A stretch of DNA of 64,000 nt from Octopus vulgaris (lineage: Eukaryota), in the NCBI GenBank assembly GCA_951406725.2, contig OX597820.1, forward strand, positions 16,058,001-16,122,000, given 5' to 3'. Positions within the stretch are counted from its first letter, which is position 1. The number at the start of each line of letters is the position of its first letter. The notes under the pieces were generated by a model. That model ran no database searches, was not told the DNA's origin, and was given only the letters and a program-made list of their open reading frames with translations. Positions 1-12,065 of the stretch are shown in pieces. The translations under genes were made by a program, and so were the position numbers.

Positions 1-59
<59 letters not shown>

Positions 60-147
60 ACATTCATAAACAGACGAATGGGTTATTAGATATGGCTACA
101 AACGCTTCCTGAACAGTCTTTATGTACATCTATAAGATATGTTATGC

Positions 148-304
148 AAGAGTGGCTGTGTTGTAAGAAGCTTGCTTCTCAACCACATGGTTCCGGGTTC
201 AGTCCCACTACGTGGCACCTTGGGCACGTAATTTCTACTATAGCCTCGGGCCGACCAAAGCCTTGTGAGTGGATTTGGTAGATGGAAACTGAAAGAAGCC
301 CGTC

Positions 305-352
<48 letters not shown>

Positions 353-560
353 GTGTCTATGTTTGTTCCGCACCATCGGTTGAGAGCCGATGCTGGTGTG
401 TTTTACGTCCCCGTAACTTAGCGGTTCGGCAAAAGTGAACGATAGAATAAGTACTAGGCTTACAAAGAATAAGTCCTTGGGTCTATTTGTTCGGATAAAG
501 ACGGTGCTCCAGCATGGCCGCTGTCAAATGACTGAAACAAGAAAAAGAATAAAAGAAAAA
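148..560 (+). mobile_element. tRNA-derived SINE, family A (internal TA/TG microsatellite)
   Basis: Head gagtggctgtgt..gtaag with B-box-like gggttcagtccc, internal (TA)n, body ending ctccagcatggccgc..aaatgactgaaacaag(aaaaga)n; more than 20 similar copies in the window. Confidence 0.9.
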
Positions 561-991
561 CTCTCAACTCATCAGGTTTACCAAATATACAAAGAAGCAG
601 TGACATATCGCTTAATCAACAGTTCAACAAGAAGCTTCCTGATGAGCTGAGGGCTGCGTAACACATTACACAATTTTATGGATGCATACAGCATACCCGA
701 CTGCACTATGCCTGCGTCACAATAAAGACCCATAGCAAAACAACAGTAGCAATACCAGATATTCGTCTGTTTTTATCATGTTCTTACGCCAGGCTTAAGG
801 TTCTGTTCATCGTTTGATGCTTTTGGTGACTATTGTAGCTGTGGATTACCTAACAACAGTGAACTTTCATTCATCGATGCATTCTGCGCTTTGATAACGG
901 ATCAATTAACTGTTTTGCGTCATTCTATCAAATCAATTGTGTCAAATCAATTTGATATGCCTCTATTCGTAATGGATCCCCAGTAATCAAA

Positions 992-1086
<95 letters not shown>

Positions 1087-1273
1087 GCACACACACATAC
1101 ACACACACATGTCTATATATGGCTGTGTGTCGATTAGTGTGCTGAAGTGTTGAATAGAGCACTGGCACAGTCTGGGCTACCTGGTGTCTTCTACAGTCGG
1201 GGTATGTTTCCTTTGGATCTACTTCAGGAATTCCGCAGTATTTGTTGAGATAATAATAATAATAATTTCTTAA

Positions 1274-1641
1274 GTAACCAGAAGATGGATTTGGTATTAA
1301 TATTTATTTTGTGCATTTTGCAACTGTCCCTCTGTTCAGCATGTGCTGCATCCATTCTGCTGTCTGGGTCTCATCAGGTACGTCCATTCATAAAGTTGTG
1401 TCTCGCTAAAGATCCTGAATTTTGGCTGTCATGTTGTTATATCCTGGTCCGGGCATGACAGCCAAAATACAGGATCTTTAGCGAGACACAACTTTATGAA
1501 TGGATGTACCTGATGAGACCCAGACTGCAGAATGGATGCAGCAGATGTTGAACGGAGTCCACCCATAAGGGACAGTAGCAATGTGGGTCGAAACGACCGT
1601 TATACAAAATAAAGATTAATACCAAATTCCTTTCTGGTTAC
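1274..1641. repeat. Long imperfect inverted repeat (arms ~160-190 bp, ~20 bp spacer), PLE pseudo-LTR-like
   Basis: 1321-1433 is the reverse complement of 1454-1580 (e.g. cataaagttgtgtctcgctaaagatcctg / caggatctttagcgagacacaactttatg); outer ends gtaaccaga / tctggttac. Confidence 0.9.
1505..1606 (+). ncRNA. Type I hammerhead ribozyme motif with long stem II insertion
   Basis: tgtac-CTGATGA-gaccca..tgggtc-GAAAC-gacc-GTT-ataca: intact core, stem II gaccca/tgggtc, stem I tgta/taca. Confidence 0.75.
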
Positions 1642-1659
1642 TTTTTTTTTCAATATGTG

Positions 1660-1835
1660 ACTGCGTGTGTATCGTTGGCGATTTTCTTTCTCCATCTTCC
1701 CTTCTTTGGACTTTTTCTATATTTCTGACGAAGAGCTCTGCTCGAAACGTGAAATCCTCTTTCTTTCGTTTCCTTTCCTGAGCGTCCAATAACACTGTAC
1801 TTATTCGACGTTGTTGTTTTTTCTTGCTTGTTCAT
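1660..1835 (+). mobile_element. Short (~200 bp) HHR-bearing element, family H1
   Basis: attt-CTGACGA-agagc-tct-gctc-GAAACGT-g-aaat at 1721-1755 (triplet GTG, non-canonical); related copies at 9622, 11862, 14300, 57985 and 59770. Confidence 0.7.
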
Positions 1836-1847
1836 GCTCTCCCTCTC

Positions 1848-1935
<88 letters not shown>

Positions 1936-1985
1936 CATATATAGATACATGCATACATACATGTACATATACATACACACACACT

Positions 1986-2039
<54 letters not shown>

Positions 2040-2040
<1 letters not shown>

Positions 2041-2203
2041 TTTTTACATTATTTATATCTGACAGATATTTGTTCTCATCTTGTTTATTGTTAACACAAC
2101 GTTTTGGCTGATATACCCTCCAGCCTTCATCAGGTGTCTTGGGGAAATTTCAAACCTGGGTTCTCATTCCTAAAGTATTTTTTCAATGTTATTATCATCA
2201 TCG

Positions 2204-2267
<64 letters not shown>

Positions 2268-2359
2268 CATTATTCAGGTAACTGCTTGGGACTGAACTCG
2301 GAATCTTGGGGTTAGTAGCTCGTGTACTCTTAACCACTACGCCATATGCCCACGGGCAT
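2040..2359 (-). mobile_element. Composite element: tRNA-like head + (AAT)n + HHR-containing tail
   Basis: Minus strand: A box TGGCGTAGTGG, B-box-like GAGTTCAGTCC, (aat)n, then gacac-CTGATGA-aggctg..cagcc-AAAACGTT-gtgtt (G12 changed to A in this copy). Confidence 0.75.
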
Positions 2360-2904
2360 CCAAAATTCTCTCACATTCATAAGGGGAAGCTAGTAGAAAA
2401 CATTTTCGTTTTTATCGCCTTAAGCTAATATTTCAGGAAGATCCCAAAGCGGTGAACAAGCAGAATCGTTAGTGCGTCGGGTAAAATGCTTCGCGGCATT
2501 TTGTCCGTTTTACGGACAATAACATTCACGATAAGGTTAATAATACATTGGATTGTAACGATCTTCATTCAAGGATTCTTCGTCGTGTAAGATAAGATTA
2601 ACTCAGCAAAAAAACTGCACATAACCCTGGCCCTTAAAAGCAGCTACATTGGTCTACGGCCCAATCAGCTACAGAGGAGCCTGTTGCTTTTTGCTGGGGA
2701 CACGCAAAAAAAAAAAAAAAGGAGAAGGAGAGAGAAATTTACAGCCCCTTTGAATTTTGGAAGGACTTTTTCTTCGGGGACTCTGTGTCCCAAATGTTTG
2801 TCAGTCTCACTACATTTCTCTCGGTTGGTTCTACATACACCATAACATAAAATAAAACCGTGATGAAAGCACCAATGAGCAAAGAGAAACCGAGGATCAG
2901 AATG

Positions 2905-3300
2905 GAACGAGTTGGTGCCGTGTTTTTGACCTGACGATTTGGCACAGCTGACTGGGCGTTCAACCTCTTTTGACGACAAAACTTATTGGCATTGAAGGCA
3001 AACACGTACGCGCGTAGAAATATGCACACACAAATGGAAAGAGTAAGAGAAAGAGAGAGAAAGAGAGAGGAACATTACACATGCATACAAATATAATTAG
3101 ATGCTCTCATACACAGAGTGAGAGAAAGAGAGAGAGACACAGACAGAAAGGTAGATAATTTGAGACAGAAAGACAAAGGGATTGAGACAAAGAGGTAGGG
3201 GAGAAAACAAGTGAAACATTAACATGCCTAGTGTCAAATAAGTCAGCGTTGAATCAACGACGCCAAATAGGCGGCGCCATAACAGCAGTGTCAAAACACC
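2905..3300. mobile_element. Old MITE-like element with ~14-15-bp periodic subterminal repeats
   Basis: 3232-3296 (tgtcaaataagtcagcgttgaatcaacgacgccaaataggcggcgcc) matches 44227-44291; 2935-3027 matches 43771-43894; the two ends are loosely inverted. Confidence 0.6.
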
Positions 3301-4069
3301 TTACATCATCGTAATATTACTTCTAGTCTTTGGTTTACCATGATTCACATTCTACACCTGAACCAAAGTCACACGAAAATATTGGAAATTTGCATTTTGT
3401 TCGCTTTTGATAAGCATTTCACATATATTACAAGTATTTAAACTGAAAATAAGGAAAAATTATTTTACAAAAAAATATATTTAACATAACTATTGAGAAT
3501 CTGTTATCAGATATATTGTATTTATGTCATCTTAATATGGTTTATTTTGTTATATTTTGTAATATTCAACAAGACAAAGGTATGCATACATACATACAGG
3601 CATACATACCTACCTACCTACATACATACATACATACATACATACATACATACATACATACATACATACATACATACATACATACATACATACATACATA
3701 GATACATACATACAGTCAAGTGACCGAAACAAGTGAAAGAATAAAATAATATAAGCACAGTCGTGGCTGTGTGGTAAAAAGTTTGCTTCGCAGCCACAAG
3801 TTTCCGGGTTCAGTCCCACTGCGTGGCACCTCGGTTGTCTTTCACTTGAGCCTCTAGCTGACCAAAGCCTTGTGAGTGGATTTGGTTAGCAGTTTCCGTT
3901 TAACAAATTTACAAAGCATTGGTCGGCCTAGGGCTATAATAGAAAACACGCTTAAGGTACTGCGCAGTGGGAGTGAACCCAAAACCTCGTGTTTGCAACG
4001 CTTGCACTTCAACCCCACAGCTGTGACGCGCCTATTACTGTATATCCAATATAATTTTAAGGCGGCAGG

Positions 4070-4385
4070 TCATGACTGAAGGAAAATTTGTTTGTTATTT
4101 CTAGCTAGTGAAGTAACCCCGTAGAGGTCTCACTGAGGAATGGATCGTGGCATTGTTTGGTAACCAGAGTTGTTGTCGTTGTTATTGTTGTTGACGCTGT
4201 TGTTTATGTTTGTTTAGCCCCTGGTCAGTCTTGATCGAAGAGATCTATGATCAAAGACATCCCCCCCATTCGTGACCATCATTAGTTTTTCTCCCCCAGA
4301 GACGTTTATTAAGATGGAAGAATGCGATTTGAGAAAGATTTGACTGTTATTTCTAGCATAACGGAAGATTTTATAGAAGGCTTCC
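4070..4385 (+). repeat. Ancient dispersed repeat (atttggctgctatttctagc family)
   Basis: Motif (g)atttg..tgytatttctagc..tcga..gtagagg recurs at ~4090, 4340, 25790, 33820 and 41320, and inverted at ~32095, 33585 and 50430. Confidence 0.5.
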
Positions 4386-4477
4386 CCTCGGATTATTGCT
4401 AATGTATTAGTAATAGGGTTGGCTGTGGTGGTGGAGATGGAGGTGGTGGTGGTGAGGGTGTCGTAGTAGTCATGACG

Positions 4478-4515
<38 letters not shown>

Positions 4516-4580
4516 TTGAAAGAAGAAAGGAAGGGTATGTAAAAGAACATTCAAATAGATAAGCAAAAATTATATATATA

Positions 4581-4613
<33 letters not shown>

Positions 4614-4874
4614 CAACTAAAAACATTATTAAAAGGAACAAAAATTAAGGATAAAAAACAAACGACTAATCGAGCTGAAAAAAAATAAAGACAAAACGAA
4701 GAAAGAGGAGGATAAAGAAATGGAGATAAGAAAGAAAGAGAGAGAGAGAGACGGAGAGAGAAAGATATCAAGAGAAGAGAGGATAGAGAAGATAAAGGAA
4801 AGAAGGAAAATAGAAAGCAAAAAAAAGAAACAAGAAAAAAAGAAGCAAAACAAAACAAAAAGTCGAAGCTTCTG

Positions 4875-5035
4875 ATTTCCTGACGCGTTTCTCGAACCCG
4901 GAAGTTAAAGTAAAAAAAAAAACAAAAACAAAAACAACAGAAGGCCAACTGATAGCAGGGAGGGGGGAGGAGAAGGAAGAGGAGGAGGTAGTTGAAGGGA
5001 ATTGGCCAATGGCGTGTTGTCTGGTTTCCGGATAA
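4875..5035. promoter_or_regulatory. Candidate promoter/enhancer motif cluster
   Basis: TGACGCGT (4881), ETS CCGGAAGT (4898), palindromic ATTGGCCAAT (5001), AATGGCG and TTCCGGA (5026) in a CpG-containing unique island. Confidence 0.3.
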
Positions 5036-5205
5036 AGCTCACTCACATCGCCAGCGAGTGAAGGAAGCTAAGATGTGTTTGCCTGTGATTGTGTGTGATC
5101 GTATATGTATATGTGTGTGTGTGTGTGTTTGTGATAGCATGCGTGCGTATTTGTGTGTGAGTATGCACTTGTAATAGTATATGTATATGTGTGTCTTTTT
5201 TAATC

Positions 5206-5261
<56 letters not shown>

Positions 5262-6086
5262 GTGTGTGCGTGTGTGTATGTTTGTATGTATGTATGTAAG
5301 CATGAGAGATCGAATTAGCGTATGGCTGGATATTTTATACTTAGATGATGTGCTTGTGTTGTGTGTATGCGTATGGGTGGGTGTATATACTTGTGTGCGT
5401 ATGTGTGTGTGTATTGTATATGTGCGTGCGTTGAATGTCTGTACGTCTAGGTTCATACTTCGTGTATGTATGTATGTATGTATGTATGTATGTATGTATG
5501 TATGTATGTATGCGTGTTAATCAGTGTGTGTATTTGAATATATATATACATATATATATATATACGTACATATATACATATATATGTATATATATATATA
5601 TATATACGTACATATATACATATATATGTATATATATATATATAGGTTGCGCTATGTGGTTGTATTTGTTAAGCCGGTGTATATGTCTGTGTTTATCTGG
5701 TATATTTACGAAAGAGGTTAATTTGATGTACATGCAACCTGGTGTACGAGTGTGTGTATATACATGTGCCTATGTACCAATGTGCATGTGTCTTTGATAT
5801 AATCAGCAGATGCATATATATATATATATATAAGTGTAAAGGATGTTTGTGTTAGCTACAGAAAGATTGGATGTATCCGTGAATACAGGCGCCCACCCGA
5901 TCTATTTGATACGGGTATGTGCATCTGCAATAAAATGGATTGACAACCACTCACATATACATGTATGTATGTGTGTGCGCGCGGGCGTGTGTGTATGAGG
6001 CATACATGCATATATGTGTATGTATGTGTGGTTTGTCGGTCTATCTGGGTGGCATATATAACGGTTTAGATATCTACTCGCGCACG

Positions 6087-6130
<44 letters not shown>

Positions 6131-6639
6131 TGAGACAGAGAGACAGAGAGGGAGTGAGAGAGAGTGTGTGTATGTGTGTGTGTGTGTGTGAGTGTGTGTG
6201 TATTTAATTGTCGTGATTGGCGGTTGTATGAATATGTATGGCACTAAGTATGCGGATGTGTTGGCGTTGTATTGTGTTTCGCTTTACGAATTTGGTTATG
6301 TGTGTCTCGGTATGTTAAGCTCTTTAGTTAAGCTGTGTGTATGGGTCTATATGCGCATACACGCATGCATATATTCGCTGTATGCATGCATGTATGTATG
6401 TATGTATGTATGTATGTATGTATGTATGTATGTATGTATCTATGTACGTATGTATGTAAGTAAGTATGTGTGTTATTACATAAGCTCTTATAGAGTATGT
6501 ATTTTGTCATATAATCACATAATCTAACGAATTAAATTGAAAATAAAATCATGCTATAATGTTTATATGTACTAAAATAGTTACATATAAATGTGACTAT
6601 TTCCAGATGTGTGTGTGTGTGTGTGTATACATACATACA

Positions 6640-6692
<53 letters not shown>

Positions 6693-7095
6693 TGGCTGTG
6701 TGGTAAGTAGCTTGCCTACCAACAACATGGTTCCGGGTTCACTCCCACTGCGTGGCACCTTGGGCGAATGTCTTCTACTATAGCCTCGGGCCGACCAAGG
6801 CCTTGTGAGTGGATTTGGTAGACGGAAACTAAAAGAAGCCCGTCGTATATATGTATATATATATATGCGTGTGTGTGTTTATGTGTCCGTGTTTGTCCCC
6901 CCAAAATCGCTTGACAACCGATGCTGGTGAGGTTATGTCCCTGTAACTTAGCGGTTCGGCAAAAGAGACCGATAGAATAAGTACCAGGTTTACAAAGAAT
7001 AAGTGCTGGGGTCGATTTGGTCGACTAAAGGCGGTGCTCCAGCATGGCCGCAGTCAAATGACTGAAACAAGTAAAAGAGCAAAAGAGTAAAAGGG
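6693..7095 (+). mobile_element. SINE family A
   Basis: Near full-length match to the other family A copies. Confidence 0.9.
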
Positions 7096-7125
7096 TATAT
7101 ATATATATATATATATACTTGATAT

Positions 7126-7468
7126 TCTTTTATTCTTTAACTTGTTTCAGTCATTTTGACTGTGGCCATGCTAGAGCACTGCTTTTGTTGTAGTCGAAGA
7201 AATCGGACCCTGGACTTACTCTTTGTAAGCCTGGTACTTATTCTGTCGGTCCTTTTTGCCGAAACGCTAGGTTACGGGGACGTAAACACACCAAGATCGG
7301 TTGTCAAGCAATGGTGGTGGGACAGAAACAAGCACACAAATGTATATATAAACGACAGGCTTCTTTCAGTTTCTGTCTACCAAATATCCACTCACAATGC
7401 TTTGGTCAGCCCGAGGATATAGTAGAAGACACTTGCCCAAGGTGCCACGCAGTGGGACCGAAATGGAA

Positions 7469-7470
<2 letters not shown>
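7126..7470 (-). mobile_element. SINE family A (tail-to-tail with previous copy)
   Basis: Reverse complement of family A. Confidence 0.85.
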
Positions 7471-7508
<38 letters not shown>

Positions 7509-7607
7509 ATATATGTATGTATGTGTGTGTGTGTGTGTAAAAAAGTACAAATGGGACAAGAACCGCAATGTATGTATGTATGTATGTATAGATATATGTA
7601 TATATAT

Positions 7608-7830
7608 ATTTCTTTACTACCCACAAGGGGCTAAACACAGAGGGGACAAACAAGGATAGACAAACGGATTAAGTCGATTACATCGACCCCAGTGCGTAAC
7701 TGGTACTTAATTCATCGACCCCGAAAGGATGAAAGGCAAAGTCGACCTCGGCGGAATTTGAACTCAGAATGTAACGGCAGACGAAATACGGCTACGCATT
7801 TCGCCCGGCGCGCTAACGATTCTGCTAGCT
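7608..7830 (-). mobile_element. tRNA-derived SINE, family B
   Basis: Reverse complement of gagttcaaattccgccgaggtcgactttgcctttcatcctttcggggtcgat..aagtaccagtt..tagtaaagaaa. Confidence 0.9.
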
Positions 7831-7875
7831 ACAGATAGATATATACATACATATATGCATTATATACATATATGT

Positions 7876-7913
<38 letters not shown>

Positions 7914-8113
7914 TTTACTCTTTGGTAGGCATTACATTTTTGGAAGAAAACGAGTGAATATGAGCGACAATACGGATTAAAAAAACAAAACGAGGAAATG
8001 GAGAAATTGTTACACGATTACAAATACAAGCAGCACGGATGACAACAGGTGTCCTTCGACTAATAAAAACAAGTTAAGCTGGCGTGTGAAGCGGAAGCCT
8101 GACGACAACAAAC

Positions 8114-8395
8114 ATATGTATGTATGTATGTATTTTTGTATGTATGTATGTATGTATGTATGTATGTATGTATGTATGTATGTATGTATGTATGTGTGTA
8201 TGTATGTATGTGTGTATGTATCTATGTATGTATGTATGTATGTATGCACGTATGTATGTATGTATGTATGTATGTATGTATGTATGTATGATTCTATGTA
8301 TGTATATATGTATGTATTTATGTGTGTATGTATGTATGTGTGTGTGTGTATGTATGTATGTATGTATGTATGTATGTGTGTGTGTGTGTGTGTGT

Positions 8396-8435
<40 letters not shown>

Positions 8436-9605
8436 ATGTATGCACGTATGTATGTATGTATGTATGTATGTATGTATGTATTTGTGTGTATGTATGTATG
8501 TATGTATGTATGTGTGTATGTATGTATGTATGTATGTATGTATGTATGTATGTATGTATGTATGTATGTATGTACGTACGTACGTATGTATGTATGTATG
8601 TATGTATGTATGTGTGTATGTATGTATGTATGTGTGTATGTATGTATGTGTGTATGTATGTATGTATGTATGTATGTATGTATGTATGTATCTATGTATG
8701 TATGTATGTATGTATGTATGTATGTATGTATGTATGTATGTATGATTCTATGTATGTATGTATGTATTTATGTGTGTATGTATGTATGTATGTATGTATG
8801 TATGTATGTATGTATGTATGTATGTATGTATGTATGTATGTATGTATGTATGTATGTATGTATGTATGTATGTATGTATGTATGTATGTGTGTATGTATG
8901 TATGTATGTATGTAGGTGTGTATGTATGTATGTATGTATGTATGTATGTATGTATGTATGTATGTATGTATGTATGTATGTATGTATGTATGTATGTATG
9001 TATGTATGTATGTGTGTATGTATGTATGTATGTATTTATGTATGTGTGTATGTATGTATGTATGTATGTATGTATGTATGTATGTATGTATGTATGTATG
9101 TATGTATGTATGTATGTATGTATGTATGTATGTATGTATGTATGTATGTATGTATGTATGTATGTATGTATGTGTGTATGTATGTATGTATGTATGTATG
9201 TGTGTATGTATGTATGTGTGTATGTATGTATGTATGTATGTATGTATGTGTGTATGTATGTATGTATGTATGTATGTGTGTATGTATGTATGTATGTATG
9301 TATGTATGTGTGTATGTATGTATGTATGTATGTATCTATGTATGTATGTATGTATGTATGCACGTATGTATGTATGTATGTATGTATGTATGATTCTATG
9401 TATGTATGTATGTATGTATGTATGTATGTATGTATGTATGTATGTATGTGTGTATGTATGTATGTAATGTATGTATGTATGCATGTATGTATGTATGCAT
9501 GTGTGTATGTATGTATGTATGTATGTATGTATGTATGTATGTATGTATGTATGTATGTATGTATGTATGTATGTATGTATGTATGTATGTATGTATGTAT
9601 GTGTA
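8114..9605. repeat. ~1.5 kb (TATG)n microsatellite array with recurring variant units
   Basis: Direct reading; source of the MYVC/HTYI pseudo-ORFs. Confidence 0.97.
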
Positions 9606-9621
9606 TATATATATATATATA

Positions 9622-9830
9622 TGCCATGATAGATCGTTAGCTGCTACACGCATTTTTTTTCTCTCCTTGTTTCTCTCCTTGTTTCTTTCCTGTGTATCTT
9701 TCTTTCGAAGAGCGTAGGCTCGAAACGTAAAAGACTTGTTCTATTTCTATTCCCGAGCGCCATACTAATACATTTGTTTGTTTGTACTCCACCTGCCTTC
9801 GTCTTTTGCTTATTTTCGTAAACCTTCCCG

Positions 9831-9832
<2 letters not shown>
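9622..9832 (+). mobile_element. H1 short element with degenerate HHR
   Basis: tcttt-CTTTCGA-agagcgtaggctc-GAAACGTA-aaaga; flanked by (TA)n. Confidence 0.7.
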
Positions 9833-9899
<67 letters not shown>

Positions 9900-9904
9900 T
9901 ATAT

Positions 9905-10322
9905 CTTTTATCTTTTTATTTGTTTCAGTCATTGGATTGCGGCAATGCTGGGGCACTTCGCGAAGGGTATTGGTCGAACAGACCGGTACTTAGGTTTTGT
10001 TTCTATTTTGTAAAATTTGGTATGTATTTCATCGGTTTTCTTTTGCCGAACCTTTAAGTTACGGAGGTTGTGGAGGGTTGGTCATAAGCAAACGAACACC
10101 GGTTTGTCAGTCGGTGGTTGAGTCGGTGGAGACACACAGACATATGCACACATACACAAACACAAGGAGCTTCCACAGAGTTTCAGCTTACCAAATGTTC
10201 TCCTAATGCATAGGACGCCCCGGGGCTATAGTAGAATGCACTTGCCCAAGGTGCCGTGCAATGGAACTGATCGCCAAAACACATGCTTGCCAAGTGAGCT
10301 CCTTAACCACACAGCCATGCCT
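9905..10322 (-). mobile_element. Diverged SINE family A
   Basis: ttgtttcagtcatt..cttgcccaaggtgccg..accacacagcc. Confidence 0.75.
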
Positions 10323-10626
10323 TTCCAACTTAGATGCGCTTTAGCTGTATCTATTTCCTCTTATAATTGCTCTTAACTCGTATCTTTTTCTGGCGTTTTT
10401 ATCAAGCTCTTTGCTAAAACGCTTTACACCAAAAATAGTTTCGTTATAATTGTGAGGTGCGGGCCAGTCTGTGTGGTAAGAAGGGTGCTTCCCAACCGCA
10501 TGGCTCTGCGTTCAGTCCCACTGCGTGGAACCTTGAGCAAGTGTTTTCAACTTTTGCTTCGGGCTGATCAAAACCTTGTGAGTAGGTTTGGTAAATGGAA
10601 ACTGAAATATCACCGCATATGTGTGC

Positions 10627-10662
<36 letters not shown>

Positions 10663-11110
10663 ATGTATGTATATTATATATATATTATATATAACCATTC
10701 TGTTGGCCATCGTATCTCGACCAACATGTGTCCCCGCTACCGAAACGGTAATTATTTCTACGCCAGCTATGTTGTTGTTGTTTTTGTCTCATTTGGTCTA
10801 AAGTCGTATGACAACCACCGTTATATATATTTTGTTTATTCATTACTGTTTTCAATTTCGTTTTCGTCTCTTGTATTTACATCCGTCTTGTGCGTTCACA
10901 TTCCTGTCTTCTACCAAGAAATCTAATGCTTACAGCTTAGTTTTTTTTCTTGGGGCTGGCCGAGTTGGAGCAAATATCAGAATTGAACAGCCGAAATTTG
11001 CTATGATGATTCGGTGTCTGACTGAAGATTGAAGGCTTCGAATGATTTGTCTGTGTTCCGTGTTCGTCCCTTCCTGTATTTCACGTTCATTATATATAAA
11101 AACATTCATT

Positions 11111-11470
<360 letters not shown>

Positions 11471-11861
11471 AGAGTGAGAGAGACAAAATACCGAACGAGT
11501 CTGTCCGTCTGTCTGTCTATCTATCTATCTATCTATCGACCTACCCTTCAGTCTGTCTATTTATCTCCCAATCTACAATTATATCTATTTCTATATCCAT
11601 AAACCTTTCATATACCCTTAAGTCCTTACAGCCAGGAACCTTTTAAACTTTTATTACCATAAATTCATTGCAGAAAACCAAACCACCTCATACCTCCTTG
11701 TAATCTAATATTCTTTGGTTTCCATTGTATTTCATCTTGTTTTGTTTTAGTCTAGTTTTATTTATTTTCTTTCATCTTCCTCAACCTTTCTATCTTCGAT
11801 TTCTAACGGCGTTACCCCGGAATTATTTCCGCTTAATATAATTCTCATGTATCTAATTATA

Positions 11862-12065
11862 TATAGGGAGAGTTTACGTAAAAAACAAAAGACGAAGATA
11901 GGTGGTATACAAAACAAACAGATGTATTAGTATAACGCTCAGGAATAGAAAAAGTCTTTTACATTTCGAGCCTACGCTCTTCTACAGAAAGGGACACAGA
12001 AAAAACAATGAGAGAAACAAGGAGAGAAAAAAATGTGTGTAGTGGATAACGATCTATCATGGCAA
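11862..12065 (-). mobile_element. H1 short element with degenerate HHR (inverted relative to the 9622 copy)
   Basis: Minus strand: cttt-CTGTAGA-agagcgtaggctc-GAAATGTA-aaagac; ends gatctatcatggca match 9622-9636. Confidence 0.7.

Noticed and set aside
179-376. Recurrent ORFs ending [17 protein letters not shown]
   Set aside because: Antisense translation of SINE family A, not a gene family
2739-3029. 96-aa ORF with a hydrophobic, transmembrane-like stretch
   Set aside because: Its 5' third lies in the old MITE-like repeat; no recognisable homology or splice support
8010-9717. Long ORFs up to 506 aa (MYVC/HTYI repeats)
   Set aside because: Translations of the (TATG)n microsatellite; the same applies to the YI, CV, LSIY, poly-I/Y/N/S ORFs throughout the window
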